Assembly (NCBI RefSeq): GCF_036916985.1
Contig: NZ_JBALFD010000014.1
Span: 103,123 to 167,122, forward strand
Origin: Nostoc sp.
GTDB lineage: Bacteria; Cyanobacteriota; Cyanobacteriia; Cyanobacteriales; Nostocaceae
Reading direction: 5' to 3'
Length of the DNA: 64,000 nt
How positions within the stretch are numbered: the first letter of the stretch is position 1; every line of letters begins with the position of its first letter. Shown here piece by piece: positions 18,085-29,300 of the stretch. The position numbers and the translations under genes are program-made. The notes beneath the pieces are model-generated. The model had not been told where the DNA came from, did no database searches, and saw nothing but the letters and a program-made list of their open reading frames with translations.

Positions 18085-19476
18085 ATGACGAATAATCAAA
18101 TTTCTCTGGTAGAATTAATCCAAATTTTTACACAGTACCGCAACAATATTATCGTCAATATCAAGCACCTAGAAGAACATTATCAAAGAACAGGTATCAA
18201 GCGTGTTAAAGGTGTTAGAAACGAAAATGGGGAACTGCTTAAACCTTGGTTAAGAACAGAATATATTGATAATGCTGAGTATGTAAGTATGGGCGATTTT
18301 CAGTTTAATCGCAATACTGCTACTCTCAATATGCTTATCAAACGTAAAGTCAAACTTGCCAAATTTGAAGACAAAACCCCTACTATTGAGGTAGCAGGTT
18401 TGCTAGTGACTGACCTCAATACCTTTAATAACTATACAATTGTCAGTGACGGCAAAATTAATGTAAAGTCTTTAGTAGTCAAAATCAGCAGTAAAAAAGC
18501 CTTTGACTTACTCAAAGAAAAAGGAATACTGGATGCAGAAGAATTTGACTTCCGTGCTGAACATACCATTCAGTTAGATGACTTGCCCCTTGTAGCTGCT
18601 AATAGTTATTACAGCAGCATTGATGGACTATTCAATGAACTAGCAGAAATTAAAGTACTTGTTAGTATTATTTCTGCTCACTTAAGAAAGGAGTCAGATG
18701 TATTTGTAGCAGGACAGTTAGATGAGTTTAAAAAGCACTATCTGTCTAAAAATGTTTACATTAACTTCCCTACAACTAATGAATACACAGATATTCATGA
18801 AGCTTTAGTTAATGGTACTATTGAGTCAAGATTGAGCTATAAAATTGATGTCGGTAGTCAAGATATTCTTAACCTCAGTAAGTTTCATTCTGCTAACAAG
18901 TTTCTGAATAAAATGTATCGTCTTTATGATAGAATAACTGGAGAAATTTTCATCAAGCCTAGTTTTGAGATGGCATTGAATGAAAATCTTGCTTTTCGGC
19001 ACAGGCTATTATCATCACGCACCAAGATTACAAAAGTTGACGAATTGATGAAACCAATTTTTGATGATTTTCTTGGACTTGAGCAAAATGGTATTGTTGG
19101 AGGTATTCTTAAGAAAGTTGGTGCTGATAGTTTGGCGCAGTTATTTCAGGAGAAACAAACTGGTAAGCAGATCAACAAAGAGGAAATGGTTGCAGCTTTA
19201 ACAGTGGCAAATAAAAAGTTAGAACAATATGCAGAAAATATCTACCAAGATAAAATATCTCCCTTGGTATTTTACATAGGTTCTACTGGTTTATTGCCAG
19301 ATCAAATGCAAGCAATAGCTATGACGGCTGAGGAAGCTGCTGCTAAATACCCAAATTTGCAATTTTCTAAAGATGAGCAAGAAGGTACTTTTTTTGCAGT
19401 TGACGATAGTATTATCAGCATCTATGTAAAAACTGAATATTACAGCAAACTTATTTCTGTAGGTGTAGACAATTAG
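18085..19476 (+). CDS. hypothetical protein (463 aa, orphan)
   Basis: Long clean ATG ORF, AT-richer than its neighbours. No motif recognised. Confidence 0.6.
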   Translation: MTNNQISLVELIQIFTQYRNNIIVNIKHLEEHYQRTGIKRVKGVRNENGELLKPWLRTEYIDNAEYVSMGDFQFNRNTATLNMLIKRKVKLAKFEDKTPTIEVAGLLVTDLNTFNNYTIVSDGKINVKSLVVKISSKKAFDLLKEKGILDAEEFDFRAEHTIQLDDLPLVAANSYYSSIDGLFNELAEIKVLVSIISAHLRKESDVFVAGQLDEFKKHYLSKNVYINFPTTNEYTDIHEALVNGTIESRLSYKIDVGSQDILNLSKFHSANKFLNKMYRLYDRITGEIFIKPSFEMALNENLAFRHRLLSSRTKITKVDELMKPIFDDFLGLEQNGIVGGILKKVGADSLAQLFQEKQTGKQINKEEMVAALTVANKKLEQYAENIYQDKISPLVFYIGSTGLLPDQMQAIAMTAEEAAAKYPNLQFSKDEQEGTFFAVDDSIISIYVKTEYYSKLISVGVDN

Positions 19477-20032
19477 ATTGGATATACTAATCTAATTTGA
19501 TTTGTGAGAATGCAAATATTAGAATCCCGACTTATTTGATAAGTCGGGATTCAATACGCTTAGTTTAAGGTTTTTTGATGAAAATTATAGATCACAAAGG
19601 CGCAATTCATCGCGTCTCTTCTTTTAACCGAACTTGAAGGATTTTAAAACCTGGTAGCAACTACGTATTTATTTTAAGTTTTAGTATATAAAAATTTAAT
19701 ACTTGAGTTTAGTAGAAAGAATACTGTATAATAGACTACTTAAGGTACTGGGTTGGAAACCACAGATATAGCAATCTGATTTGATTTTTGAACTTATTGG
19801 CGTAAGTAAGAGTAGGGAATTTCTTACAACTCAGATAGGATTGCCATATAGTTTTATGTTTTTGTGACTCAAGACAGAGCCGCTATTGTCTTGTTATTTT
19901 GATATATCACTTTGCAAAGTTAATTTTATTACCTGATATAGCAATAGATTTACTAATAATCTTTAAGAAAATTACGCAGAAATCAACTTCAATGAGACAA
20001 TCTGACCTAATCTTCTCAAGCGAAAGGAAGAC

Positions 20033-20308
20033 ATGAACGATCGCACAAAGGCTCTTCAGGCTCTCGCCGCTGAACGTTGGCGGATATCCCTGATTCTCAG
20101 TGGAGCCATGATGTTTATTTACTTCGGCTTTATCCTATTAATCGCGTTCAATAAGCCCCTGCTGGGGTCATTAGTATTTCCTGGCCTTAGCCTGGGAATT
20201 TTACTAGGGGCGCTGGTAATTGTCTCAGCATGGGTATTAATTTTTATCTACGTGCGTTGGGCAAATAGCAGTTACGATGACCAAATCGCAAGGCTGACAC
20301 GCAAGTGA
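20033..20308 (+). CDS. DUF485 (YjcH-like) inner-membrane protein
   Basis: 91 aa with two TM helices, located upstream of actP as in the E. coli yjcH-actP arrangement. Confidence 0.75.
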   Translation: MNDRTKALQALAAERWRISLILSGAMMFIYFGFILLIAFNKPLLGSLVFPGLSLGILLGALVIVSAWVLIFIYVRWANSSYDDQIARLTRK

Positions 20309-20310
20309 AA

Positions 20311-20582
20311 ATTGGGCATGGGGATGAGCGAGTAGGGAAGAAGCAAGGGAGCAGGGGGAGAAATCAATTCAAAATTCAAAATGACGCTCTCTACGAGACG
20401 CTAAAAGCGTAGCTTGCTTCTCTGAAAGAGTACGCAGACTCGCTCTAAGCGTTCGCGCAGCGTCTCGTAGAGAAGCCATGCCGTTGGCGGAGCCTCTCGT
20501 AGAGAAGGCTTTACGCTGCGCTAACAAAATTCAAAATTAAAGAACTTCTGCCTCCTCTTTCCCAATGCTCAATGCCCAATAG
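20311..20582. repeat. about 270-bp palindromic repeat cluster between the yjcH-like gene and actP
   Basis: The ends attgggcat / atgcccaat are inverted. The interior contains ctacgagacgc / gcgtctcgtagag-type repeats and (aattcaa) heptamers. Confidence 0.75.
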
Positions 20583-20633
20583 CAATTTCTAGTCCCAAAT
20601 TCAAAAATACTAAACCTACTAAACCAAAAAAGC

Positions 20634-22202
20634 ATGAATAGTGTGTGGTTCAATCTGCCACTGGCGGCTGATATTACCAGTCTTGGTCACTTTAACCCGT
20701 TAGCGATCGCTTTCTTCTTTCTATTTGTTATCAGTTCTTTAGGCATTACCTATTGGGCGGCAAAGCTCACCAAAAATACAGCACAGTTTTATACAGCTGG
20801 CGGTAAAATTAGCGGTTTCCAAAATGGGCTGGCCCTAGCAGGAGACTTCATGAGTGCAGCTAGCTTTTTAGGTATCGCTGGGCTGGTGGCACTCAACGGC
20901 TTTGATGGCTTGATTTATTCTATCGGCTTCCTGGTGGGCTGGCCGATTGTTATGTTCTTAATTGCCGAACCACTACGTAACTTAGGTAAATATACTTTTG
21001 CCGATGTAGTGGCTTATCGCTTGCAGCAAAAGCCTGTACGTATCGCCTCTGCGATTGGAACGCTGGTAGTAATTAGCTTTTACTTAATTGCCCAAATGGT
21101 AGGTGCTGGAGAGCTAATTAAACTGTTGTTTGGCTTTGATTATGAATTAGCTGTGGTCATTGTCGGTTGTGTGATGATGGCTTATGTGATTTTTGGTGGG
21201 ATGATTGCCACCACCTGGGTACAAATTATCAAAGCAGTTCTGTTGCTCGGCGGAACTATCTTACTAGCTATTTTGGTACTGGCACAATTTGGCTTTAACC
21301 CACTTGCTCTTTTCGCTGCTGCATCTGAGAAGTATACAGGTGTATTAGCTCCGGGCAAACTGGTTTCTAACCCCTTGGATGCTATCTCTTTGGGACTATC
21401 CTTGATGTTCGGCACTGCTGGATTACCTCACATCCTAATGCGTTTCTACACAGTACCCGATGCCAAAGCAGCGCGGCTCTCTGTTACTTATGCCACAGCT
21501 ATTATTGGCGTTTTTTATCTCCTTACCTTCATTCTGGGCTTTGGAGCAATGGTATTGGTAGGTAAAGATGCGATCGAGAAAATTGGTACTGGTGGTAACA
21601 TGGCTGCGCCGATGTTGGCAGAATTTCTCGGTGGTGATGCTTTCTTAGGTTTTATTGCGGCTGTTTCCTTTGCAACAATTTTGGCGGTTGTCGCTGGGTT
21701 GACACTCTCAGGTGCAGCTGCACTGTCTCATGATTTGTGGGTAAACGTGGTGCGTTCGGGTCATGCTGACGAGTCAGAACAACTGAAAGTAGCTCGCGGT
21801 GCGACAATGCTTTTGGGGTTAGTGGCCATATTCCTGGGTATTTTATTTAAAGGTCAAAACGTCGCTTATATGGTAGGTTTAGCATTTGCGATCGCTGCTA
21901 GTGCAAACTTCCCAGCATTGCTTTTATCAATGCTTTGGCGACGCTTCACTACCAACGGTGCGGTTGCAAGTATGTTAGTAGGTACTGTCTCCTCTTTAGT
22001 ACTGATTTATTTGTCGCCTACGATTCAAGTAACGATTCTTAAGCACGCTTCTGCACCCTTTCCGCTAAAAAATCCTGGATTAATCAGTATCCCACTAGCG
22101 TTTATTGTGGCGATTGTGGTTTCCCTATTGAGTACTGAACAGCAGGCACAGGAAAAATTTGCGGAAGTTGAGGATCGGATTCATATTGGTTCTGGGATGT
22201 GA
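20634..22202 (+). CDS. actP: cation/acetate symporter ActP (SSS family)
   Basis: '[27 protein letters not shown]....[31 protein letters not shown]' closely parallels E. coli ActP. Confidence 0.9.
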   Translation: MNSVWFNLPLAADITSLGHFNPLAIAFFFLFVISSLGITYWAAKLTKNTAQFYTAGGKISGFQNGLALAGDFMSAASFLGIAGLVALNGFDGLIYSIGFLVGWPIVMFLIAEPLRNLGKYTFADVVAYRLQQKPVRIASAIGTLVVISFYLIAQMVGAGELIKLLFGFDYELAVVIVGCVMMAYVIFGGMIATTWVQIIKAVLLLGGTILLAILVLAQFGFNPLALFAAASEKYTGVLAPGKLVSNPLDAISLGLSLMFGTAGLPHILMRFYTVPDAKAARLSVTYATAIIGVFYLLTFILGFGAMVLVGKDAIEKIGTGGNMAAPMLAEFLGGDAFLGFIAAVSFATILAVVAGLTLSGAAALSHDLWVNVVRSGHADESEQLKVARGATMLLGLVAIFLGILFKGQNVAYMVGLAFAIAASANFPALLLSMLWRRFTTNGAVASMLVGTVSSLVLIYLSPTIQVTILKHASAPFPLKNPGLISIPLAFIVAIVVSLLSTEQQAQEKFAEVEDRIHIGSGM

Positions 22203-22418
22203 TTTTGTTAACGGACAAATAAGGCGAATAGAATTGCCTGCGGCACACTGCGTGAACGCGGCTACACAAACATAGACGCTTTGCGGCTTCCCGCAGGGTA
22301 GTCCGCCTGCGCGGACTAAGAAAGAAAATTGAGGATTTTTAACCCACGGAGGTGGGTTTTGCCTGTGTAGTCGCGGTTTCTAACCGCCCTTTTAATGTTA
22401 AATTGACTTGGCTTTTCC

Positions 22419-23261
22419 CTACTGCCCAAGTTCTTTGATGTTATTCATCACTTGTTGGTATAAGTCGTTGTTACCCTGACTTTGAAAAATGTTTGCTGCT
22501 TGTTGTAAGTCTTTGAGTGCCCCTTGTTTGTCTCCGTTAGTGGCGCGGGCGTTTCCCCGGTTATTGTAGGCAGGGGCAAAGTTAGGATTGAGGCGAATGG
22601 CTTGATTGTAATCTGCGATCGCACCCTTAGGATCTCCATTGGCAGCACGGGCATTTCCTCGGTTATTGTAGGCGATCGCATATCTGGGGTTGAGGAGAAT
22701 TGCTTGACCAAGATCGTCTATTGCCCCTTTTTTATCTCCATTGGCGGCGCGGGCATTTCCTCGGTTATTGTAGGCTTCGGCATAGTTGGGATTGAGGCGA
22801 ATCGCTTCACTGTAATCTTTGACTGCTTCTCTGTTACCTCCTAATGAGGCGCGGGCATTTCCTAAGTTATTGTAGGCTTCAGCGTCATTAGGGTTGATGC
22901 GGAGTGCTTGATTGTAATCTGCGATCGCTTTTTCCTTGTCTCCCAAATCGAAGTAGACTAATCCCCGTCCATTGTAGGCAGCGCCATATTGAGAATTTTG
23001 ACTAATTGCCTTACTATATGATGCGATCGCAGCTTGCAAGTCGCCATTTAAATGCTGATTCTTTCCCTGAAGATAGAATTCTCCACCTTTAGAAGTTGTA
23101 GCTGAACGACGGTTAGGTTGACTGACTCCTATTTCTGTCACCAACACATTGTCATTCTTACTACAAGAAATACTGCTAGTTGCAGCCAATGTAGTAAAAA
23201 TAGCTATGGTAAATAAAGTATTTACCCTTGTTCGGTTTTGCCCAAATAAACGCCGTCTCAT
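22419..23261 (-). CDS. TPR-repeat lipoprotein
   Basis: Signal/lipobox-like 'LAATSSISCS', then about six 34-aa units ('A..DY..AI.LNP..A.AYNNRGNAR'). Confidence 0.85.
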   Translation of the reverse strand: MRRRLFGQNRTRVNTLFTIAIFTTLAATSSISCSKNDNVLVTEIGVSQPNRRSATTSKGGEFYLQGKNQHLNGDLQAAIASYSKAISQNSQYGAAYNGRGLVYFDLGDKEKAIADYNQALRINPNDAEAYNNLGNARASLGGNREAVKDYSEAIRLNPNYAEAYNNRGNARAANGDKKGAIDDLGQAILLNPRYAIAYNNRGNARAANGDPKGAIADYNQAIRLNPNFAPAYNNRGNARATNGDKQGALKDLQQAANIFQSQGNNDLYQQVMNNIKELGQ

Positions 23262-23494
23262 AAGTTAATATAAACTGCCATATTACCTAAATCGAATTAA
23301 TACCAAAACCTAGACTTTAATTCTTTAACTCAATAATTATTTTAACTTTTAATAGACCTTTAAAGTTAATTGACAAATTTCCCTAATATCTTATAGATTT
23401 ATCAGGGAAGGTACGAGAAAATAATTATTAAATTTCCAGATTTATGCTTTACAATAACTCTATAAATTCCGACATTTGTAGCCTGATGAACAAT

Positions 23495-24415
23495 TTACTC
23501 ATCCTCCGCTTCAGTCTCTTGAGTTTTGGGAATTAGTCGCCAAGAGGTATTTTTGTCAATATCTACAGACAATTGTTCTAGATTTTGCCCTAAATCTTTT
23601 TGGAGTTTCTGAGTTAGTGTAATCGGAAAATCTAAATTAATACCTTGAGTTTGTGCTAGCCTTGCCAATTCGGTAAATGTAGCTTTGATTGTAGTGCGCT
23701 CATAACTAGTCAGCTTATAATCATAAGTTTCAGATATATTCTGAGCCTGCATAGCTTTTTTTATACGTTCTTGCAAATGCTCAAATTCTGAATTCAACAA
23801 CTTCCATTGCTGCTCAACTTGCGAGTATCTGGTACTTAGTGATATTAAGTCTTCCGTTGCGGGTTCGGGGCTGGCTTGGGCTTGTAATCGTAACAAGTTT
23901 AAGTGGATTTGAGCAAGATAAATACAATCTAAGTAAGCATACTCTATCTGTTCTTCAGTCAGGGGGCGTTTTCCCCAATCGCTTGTTTGTTCTTGTTTAT
24001 CGATATTATTAAAGCTACAAAGTGCTGTAGCTATAGTCTTAAGTTGGTAGTTGGGTAATGGTAAAAGATAGTAGGGAATTTTTTTTGCCATTTCCAAAGT
24101 GCAAGTAATATTTTTGGCTTTCTTGTTACCGAGAAGCTTTAGATCATAACTGGCGTTGTGAAAAACTTTTTCAATAGCAGAATTTATCATAATTTCTTCA
24201 ATAAATTCAGCTATAATATTAGGCTGATCTAAGACATCTAAAAGATAGACGCGATCGCCACTCATATCTTGAGGATTATCTAATACCTGAATCAGTGACA
24301 GTCGGGGATTACGACTTTTATAGTCAGCGACTTCTGTATCTATCCACAGTGTTTTAGCACTGGTATATTCAGCAACAATGGCACGAATTTCGCTAGCGGA
24401 AGTAAGGTAGGGCAT
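23495..24415 (-). CDS. 3'-5' exonuclease (DEDDy, RNase D-like) domain protein
   Basis: 'WIDTEVAD' (ExoI), 'HNASYDLKLL' (ExoII) and 'YAYLDCIYL' (ExoIII). Confidence 0.8.
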   Translation of the reverse strand: MPYLTSASEIRAIVAEYTSAKTLWIDTEVADYKSRNPRLSLIQVLDNPQDMSGDRVYLLDVLDQPNIIAEFIEEIMINSAIEKVFHNASYDLKLLGNKKAKNITCTLEMAKKIPYYLLPLPNYQLKTIATALCSFNNIDKQEQTSDWGKRPLTEEQIEYAYLDCIYLAQIHLNLLRLQAQASPEPATEDLISLSTRYSQVEQQWKLLNSEFEHLQERIKKAMQAQNISETYDYKLTSYERTTIKATFTELARLAQTQGINLDFPITLTQKLQKDLGQNLEQLSVDIDKNTSWRLIPKTQETEAEDE

Positions 24416-24880
24416 TGGCTAATATTTCCTGATATTTAGGGCATTGTCAGTAAGCCATAGTTTTCTAAAGTAACATTTTGTTGGTAAATTTGTTCGCACA
24501 GGATTGCAAAAACGCTGAAGTTTGGAATTCGTCATAGACATCGCCAAACTGACTCAAATCTGATAATATCGAGTCACGACTGTAAAGCGGTACAGTCTCA
24601 GCTTAATAAAGCTTCTTAGCATCTGCCTTAAATTGACAGATAACCACAGACTGTATGCAGACTATACTGGTCAGCAACCGTTAGGAAAATTGAATTGGTG
24701 CTTTTCAAAAGTGGCTGCAAAATCTTAGCCTCAAGAAATCGTCCAAGTTTCAATTTTAAGTAACCTGGGTGCTTGCTTGGGTACTTTTACTGCCTCAGAT
24801 TTAATTGCTTTTTAACATCTGCTCCTCACCATGACACACACATTAATTAATTGCTTCAAGTACTCAATTCGGAGATGATA

Positions 24881-25354
24881 ATGAAAAAGCTAATTCCATT
24901 ACTAGTTAGTAGCATTTTGGTAGTTGGTACTTTTGGCTGTCAAGACGCTCCTAAAACTGGTTCGGAAACTCCTAGCACTACAAATGAAGCCGCTCAAGCA
25001 CCAGCAAAACCAGCTTCTCAGACAAATCAAACCACGGAGAAAACTACTTCCAAAATTCCAGCAACACAAACCACTCCTTTAGTAGCTAGCGCAGGTACTA
25101 AAGTTAAAACCAATACTGAGAAAACCGCAGCAACAAAAGCTAAGGGCGACTTAAAAACCGAAGTTAGTCAAAAATTGAACAAAGGCTTACCAGGTAATAA
25201 GTTACAAGTTGAAAATAAAGAGGGTGAAATTATCCTCAAAGGCACAGCGACTTCTGCTGAAGAACTCAAGAAAGCTGAAACCTTGGCTAAGGAAGTTCAA
25301 GGTGTGAAGACAGTGAAGGTAGAAGCAAAAGTTGAAACTGTGAAAAAACCATAA
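24881..25354 (+). CDS. BON-domain lipoprotein
   Basis: GGAG lies 6 nt upstream of the ATG at 24881. Lipobox 'VGTFGC'. The C-terminal 'ILKGTATSAEELKKAETLAKEVQGVKTVKVEAKV' is BON-like. Confidence 0.7.
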   Translation: MKKLIPLLVSSILVVGTFGCQDAPKTGSETPSTTNEAAQAPAKPASQTNQTTEKTTSKIPATQTTPLVASAGTKVKTNTEKTAATKAKGDLKTEVSQKLNKGLPGNKLQVENKEGEIILKGTATSAEELKKAETLAKEVQGVKTVKVEAKVETVKKP

Positions 25355-25402
25355 CAGAATAACTGAAGCTATCAGTTAACAGTTAGATTCATCATCAAAG
25401 AT

Positions 25403-25440
25403 AAACAGGATTTACGTCTGCGTAAGCCCTGTTTATTTTA
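25403..25440. terminator. hairpin between convergent genes (possible bidirectional terminator)
   Basis: aaacagg-atttacg-tctg-cgtaagc-cctgttt followed by atttta. Confidence 0.5.
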
Positions 25441-25478
25441 CTTAAATAAGAGTGAAAAATTGGTAAAATAAGATTGAA

Positions 25479-26117
25479 CTACAACAGGCAAATCGATTTA
25501 AGAACTTGTAACAACTCGATTGAAGATGTAGAGCGAGTTATATCTAGTTTTGGCAATAATTGGTACACAGGAGGATTCCCTTGCTGCATATAGACAAACT
25601 GGTAATCCATACCGTTAGTAGTCACGCCCCAAACTGATGTTTGATTTTCTAGACTTTTGTAGGCATAAGTGAGCAACTGGGGTAATCCTTCCAAAGCATT
25701 AAAACTACTATTTTTAGATTCAATTACTAATATCAAAAAAGGCGTAGTTACTATTCTTTTTTGAGTCTTGCTAACAGCTAAAAGATCCATCCGTCCTTTG
25801 ATATTTGCATCTTCATCTTCTATAGAGATGTCAGCTATATTTTCTTCTAATGTAATTTTAATGCTGGACTGATAGAAACCAGCTAATTTCAGTAATGGTG
25901 CAAGAAAGAGAAATTTTATTTGTCCTTCAGAGATTTTACCCTCTGAGTAGTATTCATGGTATATATTACGGATTACCTGTAATTCCTGATGCTCAAATTC
26001 TGTGAGATTTGTTAGCGATAGCAATGATGTAAATGAGTCATTTAACTGTTCTGTTAATTTTAGAAGGCTTTGAACATCTTTCAGACTAAGATTTCTTGCG
26101 TCTAAAGTAATTGTCAT
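25479..26117 (-). CDS. PD-(D/E)xK (HsdR-N-terminal-like) restriction-endonuclease-fold protein
   Basis: 'GRMDLLAV...FLILVIESK' fits the D...E-x-K nuclease motif spacing. Confidence 0.5.
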   Translation of the reverse strand: MTITLDARNLSLKDVQSLLKLTEQLNDSFTSLLSLTNLTEFEHQELQVIRNIYHEYYSEGKISEGQIKFLFLAPLLKLAGFYQSSIKITLEENIADISIEDEDANIKGRMDLLAVSKTQKRIVTTPFLILVIESKNSSFNALEGLPQLLTYAYKSLENQTSVWGVTTNGMDYQFVYMQQGNPPVYQLLPKLDITRSTSSIELLQVLKSICLL

Positions 26118-26385
26118 TGATTTACCTTTTCCTGGTTTAACTCAAATAAAATTGGAATCAGTTGATCTAGTTGCTGTTGATGGTGTGCAATTAAATCTCA
26201 TGCTCGTGCTAACTCTAGTAGTATTGTAGTTTTCTCTGAACCACGATTCTCCTGACTTCCTCTGTCCTAGCCTGCGGCTTGCTGCTACGCGCGTCTACGA
26301 TAATCCTAAATTTCCCCTCTACCCTCTTGCGAATTTTTAATTAGTTGATACACTTGTTCTTCATTAGCCCAGTGAACCAGCGCCT

Positions 26386-29300
26386 ATGGTGCATATCAAG
26401 CGCGTGGAACTTACCAACTTCAAATCCTTCGGTGGCACTACCTCAGTCCCTTTGCTACCGGGGTGTACTGTCATATCTGGGCCAAATGGTTCGGGTAAGT
26501 CAAATATTTTAGATGCACTGCTATTTTGCCTCGGACTCTCCAGTTCTAAGGGAATGCGAGCCGATCGCTTGCCAGATTTAGTAAATAACACTCAAACAGC
26601 TAAAGGACGCGCTTCTATTGAGGCTAGCGTCACTGTGACATTTGATTTGTCGGATGAAATCTCACACAAAGATACAAAGCCGCAAAGGGAGGAAGTAGAG
26701 GAAGTAGGGGAAGTAGGGGAAGAAAATCCAAAATCTAAAATCCAAAATCCAAAATCGGCAGAGTGGAGCGTCACTAGAAGGCTAAGAGTCACTCACCAAG
26801 GGACTTACACCTCGAATTACTATATCAATGGTGAAGCTTGCACATTGACAGAACTGCATGGGGAATTAAGTAACCTGCGGGTTTATCCTGAAGGCTACAA
26901 CGTGGTGCTACAAGGGGATGTCACCAGCATTATCTCGATGAATGCGCGAGAACGGCGGGAAATTATTGATGAATTGGCTGGGGTGGCGGCATTTGATCGC
27001 AAAATTGTCCAAGCCAAATCAACTTTAGATGAGGTGAAGGAAAAGGAAGATAGCTGTCGGATTATTGAAACTGAATTAACTGCACAGCGCGATCGCCTTT
27101 CCCAAGATCGGGCAAAAGCTGAGAAATATCAAAAACTCCGCACAGAATTTCTGGCGAAACAATCTTGGGAAGCTGTTTTATCATGGCGATCGCTACAAGC
27201 GCAACAAGAAAAGTTAGTTCACGAAATTCAAACAGGCGATCGCAATTTTACTGAACTCACTACCCAACTCACAAACCTAAATTCCCAAATCGTCCAAAAA
27301 ACTGCTGAACTAGAACAACTCAACGCCCATGTCAAAGCCTTGGGAGAAGACGAACTTTTGGCGGTACAATCTACCCTTGCCACCCAAGAAGCAGAACGAA
27401 AACAACTCCAGCGTCAGCTAACCGAATTACAAACAGCTTCCCAAGAAACTGCCAAACGTCTAACTCAGACTCAGCAAGAAATTCAAAAACATCACCATTC
27501 CCTAGAAGAAATTGCCGAAACACACATTGTAGAGACGCGATTCATCGCGTCTTCCCAGCAGCAAAGAAATGAAGCACAGCAAGCTTTAGAAAGTTCCCGC
27601 GAAGCCGCCGCCGAAATCGCCTCAGCTTCCGAAGCATGGGTGCAGCAACAAACAGCATTCAACCGTCAAATTGAAGCTTTGCTGCACACCCTAGAACCGC
27701 AACGCACCGAACAAGCACAACTGAGGGAACGCAATAATCAGTTACAGCAACTTATCCAAGAGCAAACTCAGTTAATTGAACGCGACGAACCGCTTTTAGC
27801 AGAAAAACAAACTGAGTGTTATCGAGTTGAAACAGAATTTAACGCCTCTAGCGAACCCATCCAAAATTTAGCTCAAAATCTCTCAGCCACCGAACAAGAA
27901 CTGCAAATCCAACAGGAAACCCAAAAACGGTTACTTTCTGAACAACGAGAAAAACAACGCCAGTTGGATAAAATCGAGGCGCAAGCGCAAGCACAGCAAG
28001 AAGTCCAAGGAACCCAAGCGAGTAAAGTCATTTTACAATCGGGAATACCTGGACTTTGTGGTTTAGTTGTGCAGTTGGGAAAGGTGGAACCCCGCCATCA
28101 GCTAGCTTTGGAAATGGCTGCTGGGGGACGCTTGGGACATATTGTGGTGGAAGATGACAGCATCGCCGCAGCGGGTATTGAACTCCTCAAACAGAAACGT
28201 GCAGGGAGAGCGACTTTTTTACCGCTAAATAAAATTCACGCTCCCAAATTTACTCAAGATGCAACGCTGCGTTTTGCTAGCGGCTTCGTTAACTATGCTG
28301 TGAACTTAGTTGATTGCGATCGCCGTTACAAAGATGTCTTCAGTTATGTTTTTGGTAACACAGTAGTATTTGCCAGCCTTGAGGCGGCGCGGAAAAATTT
28401 AGGACTGTATCGCATTGTCACCTTAGACGGGGAATTGTTGGAAACCAGTGGTGCAATGACTGGTGGTAGTAACAGCAATCGTTCAGCGTTGCGGTTTGGT
28501 AATGCGGAAGCGGCGGAATCTGATGAAGCGATCGCTTTAAAAAGTCGTTTGGTGGATATTGAGCGGGTTTTAGAGCGTTGTACTGAAGCGATCGCAACTT
28601 TGTCAACCAGAACCAAAAAACTCACCCAGGAACTCACAGAATCGCGTCAGGCGCGGCGCGAACAGCAGTTGCAATTGGAACAGTTGCAGAAAGACATTAA
28701 GAGTTTAACAACGCAATTAGAGGGGACGCGATCGCAACTCGCCCAAAACAGCCAAAAGTTAGCCACTGCTCAATCCCGATTAGAAATTTTAGAGCGGGAA
28801 TTACCGGGACAAGAAAATGAGTTGCAACAATTGCGACACGCCTTAGCAGAGTTGGAAGCGTCTCAAACTCCCAGTGAATGGCAACAAATCCAGGCAACCA
28901 TTAAAATTCAAGAGCAACAATTACAACAACGCGAAACAGCGTTACGAGAAGCTGAACAAAGATTAAAAAATTTAGAAAATCAGCAACAACGTTTGCAAGA
29001 AAAAATTCAAGAAGGGGAGGAGCGAATTAGCCAATATCATCACGAACAAGAGGCGCAACAAAATCAACTAAATACCCTCAGCACTCAGCACTCAGCACTC
29101 AGCACTCTCATCACCCAAACCCGCGCCAATCTCAGCCTTATGGAGCAGAATTTGGGAGAAGAGAAACAAAAACGTGACGCTACAGAACTGGAAGTGCGAT
29201 CGCATCTTTTACGCCAACAACAATTGGAATGGGAAATCCAAAAACTCCAAGAAACCCAAGAGAAGCGGCGAGAGGAACTAATTGCACTGCAAACTCAATT

